A DNA stretch of 64,000 nt. Source: Sedimentisphaerales bacterium. Lineage in GTDB: Bacteria > Planctomycetota > Phycisphaerae > Sedimentisphaerales > Anaerobacaceae. Within the stretch, counting starts at the first letter, position 1; the number at the start of each line of letters is the position of its first letter. A program made the translations under genes and the position numbers. Shown here piece by piece: positions 61,226 to 64,000 of the stretch. The stretch covers positions 6,400,001 to 6,464,000 of the forward strand of contig OY970194.1 in NCBI GenBank assembly GCA_963708075.1. Direction: 5' to 3'. Under the pieces are notes generated by a model. It was not told the origin of the DNA. It was given only the letters and a program-made list of their open reading frames with translations, and did not search any database.

Positions 61226-63999
61226 TCAATCGTCCGGAGATGCGGTTGGTTTATTTGGCTCGCGGCCTAACACGAACCATTGCTCAAGGGCTTCCACAAG
61301 CTCCCGTCGAACTCGCTCATCTCCGGTGCGGCTCTCCGCCAGCTCTGTAAACCGGGCGACAGCCTTGTCGATCCGGACATTCATGCGATCCAGCAGTTTC
61401 AGGCATGGGTCCAGATCGCCGGGCAGTTCAACTTTACCGCTTATGCCCAAATTGGCCAAGCGCAGGATCAACTCGGCTTGGCCACGAGACGGGCAGTCAA
61501 CGTGTGTCTTTCTCACCTTTCCGAAATAGACCGTGTTCGGATCAAACATGGGCGACGGTGACAGGATGGCCGGGCGTTCTTCCGGAATGTCCACGAGCAT
61601 CTTGGCCCCGGACCATTGCTCGACCCATTCCGCAAGTGGCGTGGCATCTTCAAGCTCGGCGGCGTCCCAGATGTCGGCAGCCAAATCATGAACACTGAAA
61701 CGCTGATTGTTCGATTTCGCCCGCTGCTGCATCTTTTCGATTTCGACCACTCGAATATCGCGGAAGTGCCGTGCGGTCGCCTCATACAACCGCGCAGTCA
61801 GGTCGGTCCGCTCTTGTGGATCAGTCACACCAAGCAATTCAAGGACCGCATCGTCCAAGTCTTGGCGGTCGCGCTGGCGCAACTCATCGGAGAGCACCAG
61901 CGGCCCTGCGGCGATTCTCCTCGCGCGGTCCGGTGTATGGCAATCCATCAACTGCTCTTCTACCAACCTACCTACCTCACGCCGGCTCATGCGCTCCAAT
62001 GCGGTAGTAAGGCGTTTAGCCAAAGATGCTGATATGTTGCGAGGGTCAGGCACTTCTAAGAGATTCACGTCCACCACTTCAGTCTTAAGGTTACCCTCGG
62101 TACCCGCGAACCTGCCATAGAACGTTTTGAATAGACCAATGAGGGTAGAATTCAAGATGGCTACAAGCGACTTGGCTTCGCGTGCAGAGAGATCCCCCGA
62201 AGCTATGTCGAACAAGTTGTGATTGCAGATCAAACCCTCGGGGTTTCCCGCAATGATGTGCCGATACTGTTGCGCCATCGGCCAAAACGCAATTCCGGGC
62301 GCACCAGACCTGTCAAGTCGTACCAAGGATCGCGGGCAGCACACGTGGAACGCTTGGGAACGGGCACAGGCTTCGACTTTTTCGATGCAAAGGTCGCCGT
62401 CATGCCATAACGAAGGTAATGCCACACCCAGGGCGATTCCGCTTTCAGTTTGTCCATCGGCTCGCTGACGAGCAGGACAACTCGGTCCAAATCGGATGCG
62501 CGAACAACGGGACGATCAACCTTCATCAAGCTATGGACTTCCGGCGCGACGTATTTCGCTTCGATAGGATGGATGCTTCCGTCGCCGGCTTCAATAATCT
62601 TGATTTTTCCCGATTCGACCTCCTTGCGTGGTGCGCCGCCCGCGTGTCGGGGAAAGAGACGATCTGCTTCGTGTTTTGCCAAGATATCCGCCGTGATATC
62701 TCTGGGCATGAAGAAGGCGTCACAGCCACTCGTTATTCCCCTTCGGATTGTAGCCACCTCTCCAAGATGAACAAACCGGTTACTGAAGCGACGCATGATC
62801 TCGAAGTAGAGGTCCGGGGCACGGACGTACCGTCCCCATTTGCCCGCATGATAATCACCGTTCTCTTTGGGACCGTTTGCTGGTTTGGTAGCCGTCGGCG
62901 TATCCTCGTCGGCGTCAGGTTCACATCCGTTCTCGTATTCCTCCGCGAGCGGTTCCAATTCCACGTCGCCCAGAATCGACCCGGCGCGAACACCATCGTT
63001 CCACAGGTCGCCCTGTGTCTTGACGATGATGCGCATATCCTGGTCCTGGAGGTCGATCTCTGTGCTGAGGATTCGGTATCGCATCGCCTCAATGGAAGCT
63101 TGGCGGGCATCCTCATTCTGGCCAGGTGGAATAGCGATGATGTCGGCCAGCCTGCGAGAGAACCGCACAAAACGAACGCGGTTTTCCATACGCTCCGTCT
63201 CATCGTCACACTGTTGCAAGATCGTGACGCAGGTTTTTACTCTCGCATCTTCAAACCATGGCTCGGCAGCGCTTTCCATGATTGCAAGAATTTTGAAGTG
63301 CCGAAGCACCCAGCCCTGAAGGGCAAAGCCGTACTCGACATCCAGCCACGATGAACTGGTGAGAAAACCGAAGTAGCCGCCGGGCTTGAGCAGGCGTGTT
63401 GCAGCAGGCCAGAAGTAGCAATGCAGGTCACTTCGACCGCTCAAATGCAGATCGGGCCACGCATCGCTCGCAATCTCAGCAAAGCGGGCCTTGTCCTTCT
63501 TCTCGACTTTCTCCTGGCGGACGTATGGCGGATTGCCAACTACGGCATCCAACTCCGGCAGCAATACCGCGGTGCGGTCTGAGGACTCACTCGCCACAGG
63601 AATCTCGCAGAACGGTTTCTCAGGTGTAACATCGAAGAAGTTGCACCGCACAATGCGCGGGTAATTGGCCTCATCATTGATTTCGCGGGCGGCAAGGTTC
63701 AGCGTCGCCAGATGGGCTGGATAGAGGGCGATGTCGCACCCGAATAACTCGCCGATCAAATCCAGATGTGGGCGCGACGTGTCCAAGTGACGCTTACGGT
63801 AGTAGGCACGCACAAGGAAACTGCCCGACCCACAGGCTGGGTCCAAGATCGCATAAGAAGCGCTGCGAACACAGAAACCGTTGATCAGATCTACCACATC
63901 ATCGCCTGTGAAGTGCTGGCCGTAGCGGTGTCGCTCATCCGGGCCAATCAGCTTTTGGAAGATGCGCCCCACCACATCGGACGGGACTTCCCCAAAGTC
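61226..63999 (-). CDS. N6-adenine DNA methyltransferase, probably Type IIG-like R-M (5' partial); frameshift near 62295-62299
   Basis: YGQHFT, ILDPACGSGSFL, VVGNPPYVRQE, then a TRD-like C-terminus; frames 62230-63975 and 61226-62425 join on adding one base. Confidence 0.88.
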
Positions 64000-64000
64000 T

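Overview
GC-rich bacterial chromosome segment, most likely an anaerobic planctomycete (Phycisphaerae/Sedimentisphaerales-like). This is inferred from four prepilin-N/H-X9-DG proteins, GEVED/LamG and GLUG surface proteins and a PAPG-type PEP-CTERM tail. About 50 CDS. 1-37 kb is mixed: EIIA, NmrA, DUF4056, SphA-like barrel, protoglobin, aminotransferase, DUF3300/DUF2950, AlaX, prolyl oligopeptidase, MscS, prepilin cluster, Csp, hisI. 37-49 kb is a core operon: hpf-EIIA-HPr-ptsI-TIGR03936-Rne/Rng-kdsD-kdsC-LptC-like. An etfB-etfA-acyl-CoA dehydrogenase operon is interrupted by a foreign Zn-ribbon/NDT-TIR-like gene. The window ends with a sigma54-driven tetraheme cytochrome, a four-helix-bundle (IVS/Avd-like) gene laced with 9-nt repeats and a partial N6-adenine methyltransferase. 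Highlights: (1) five of six apparent frameshifts are the same event, GAGACC->GAGAACC, pointing to a modified DNA motif read through sequencing error; (2) a 248-bp MITE with perfect 29-bp TIRs and an ACT duplication; (3) 7- and 9-nt variant repeat arrays at gene boundaries, densest around the four-helix-bundle gene; (4) a dispersed 57-bp element upstream of two unrelated genes. No rRNA, tRNA or CRISPR array seen. Product calls are from motif recognition only; no searches were run.
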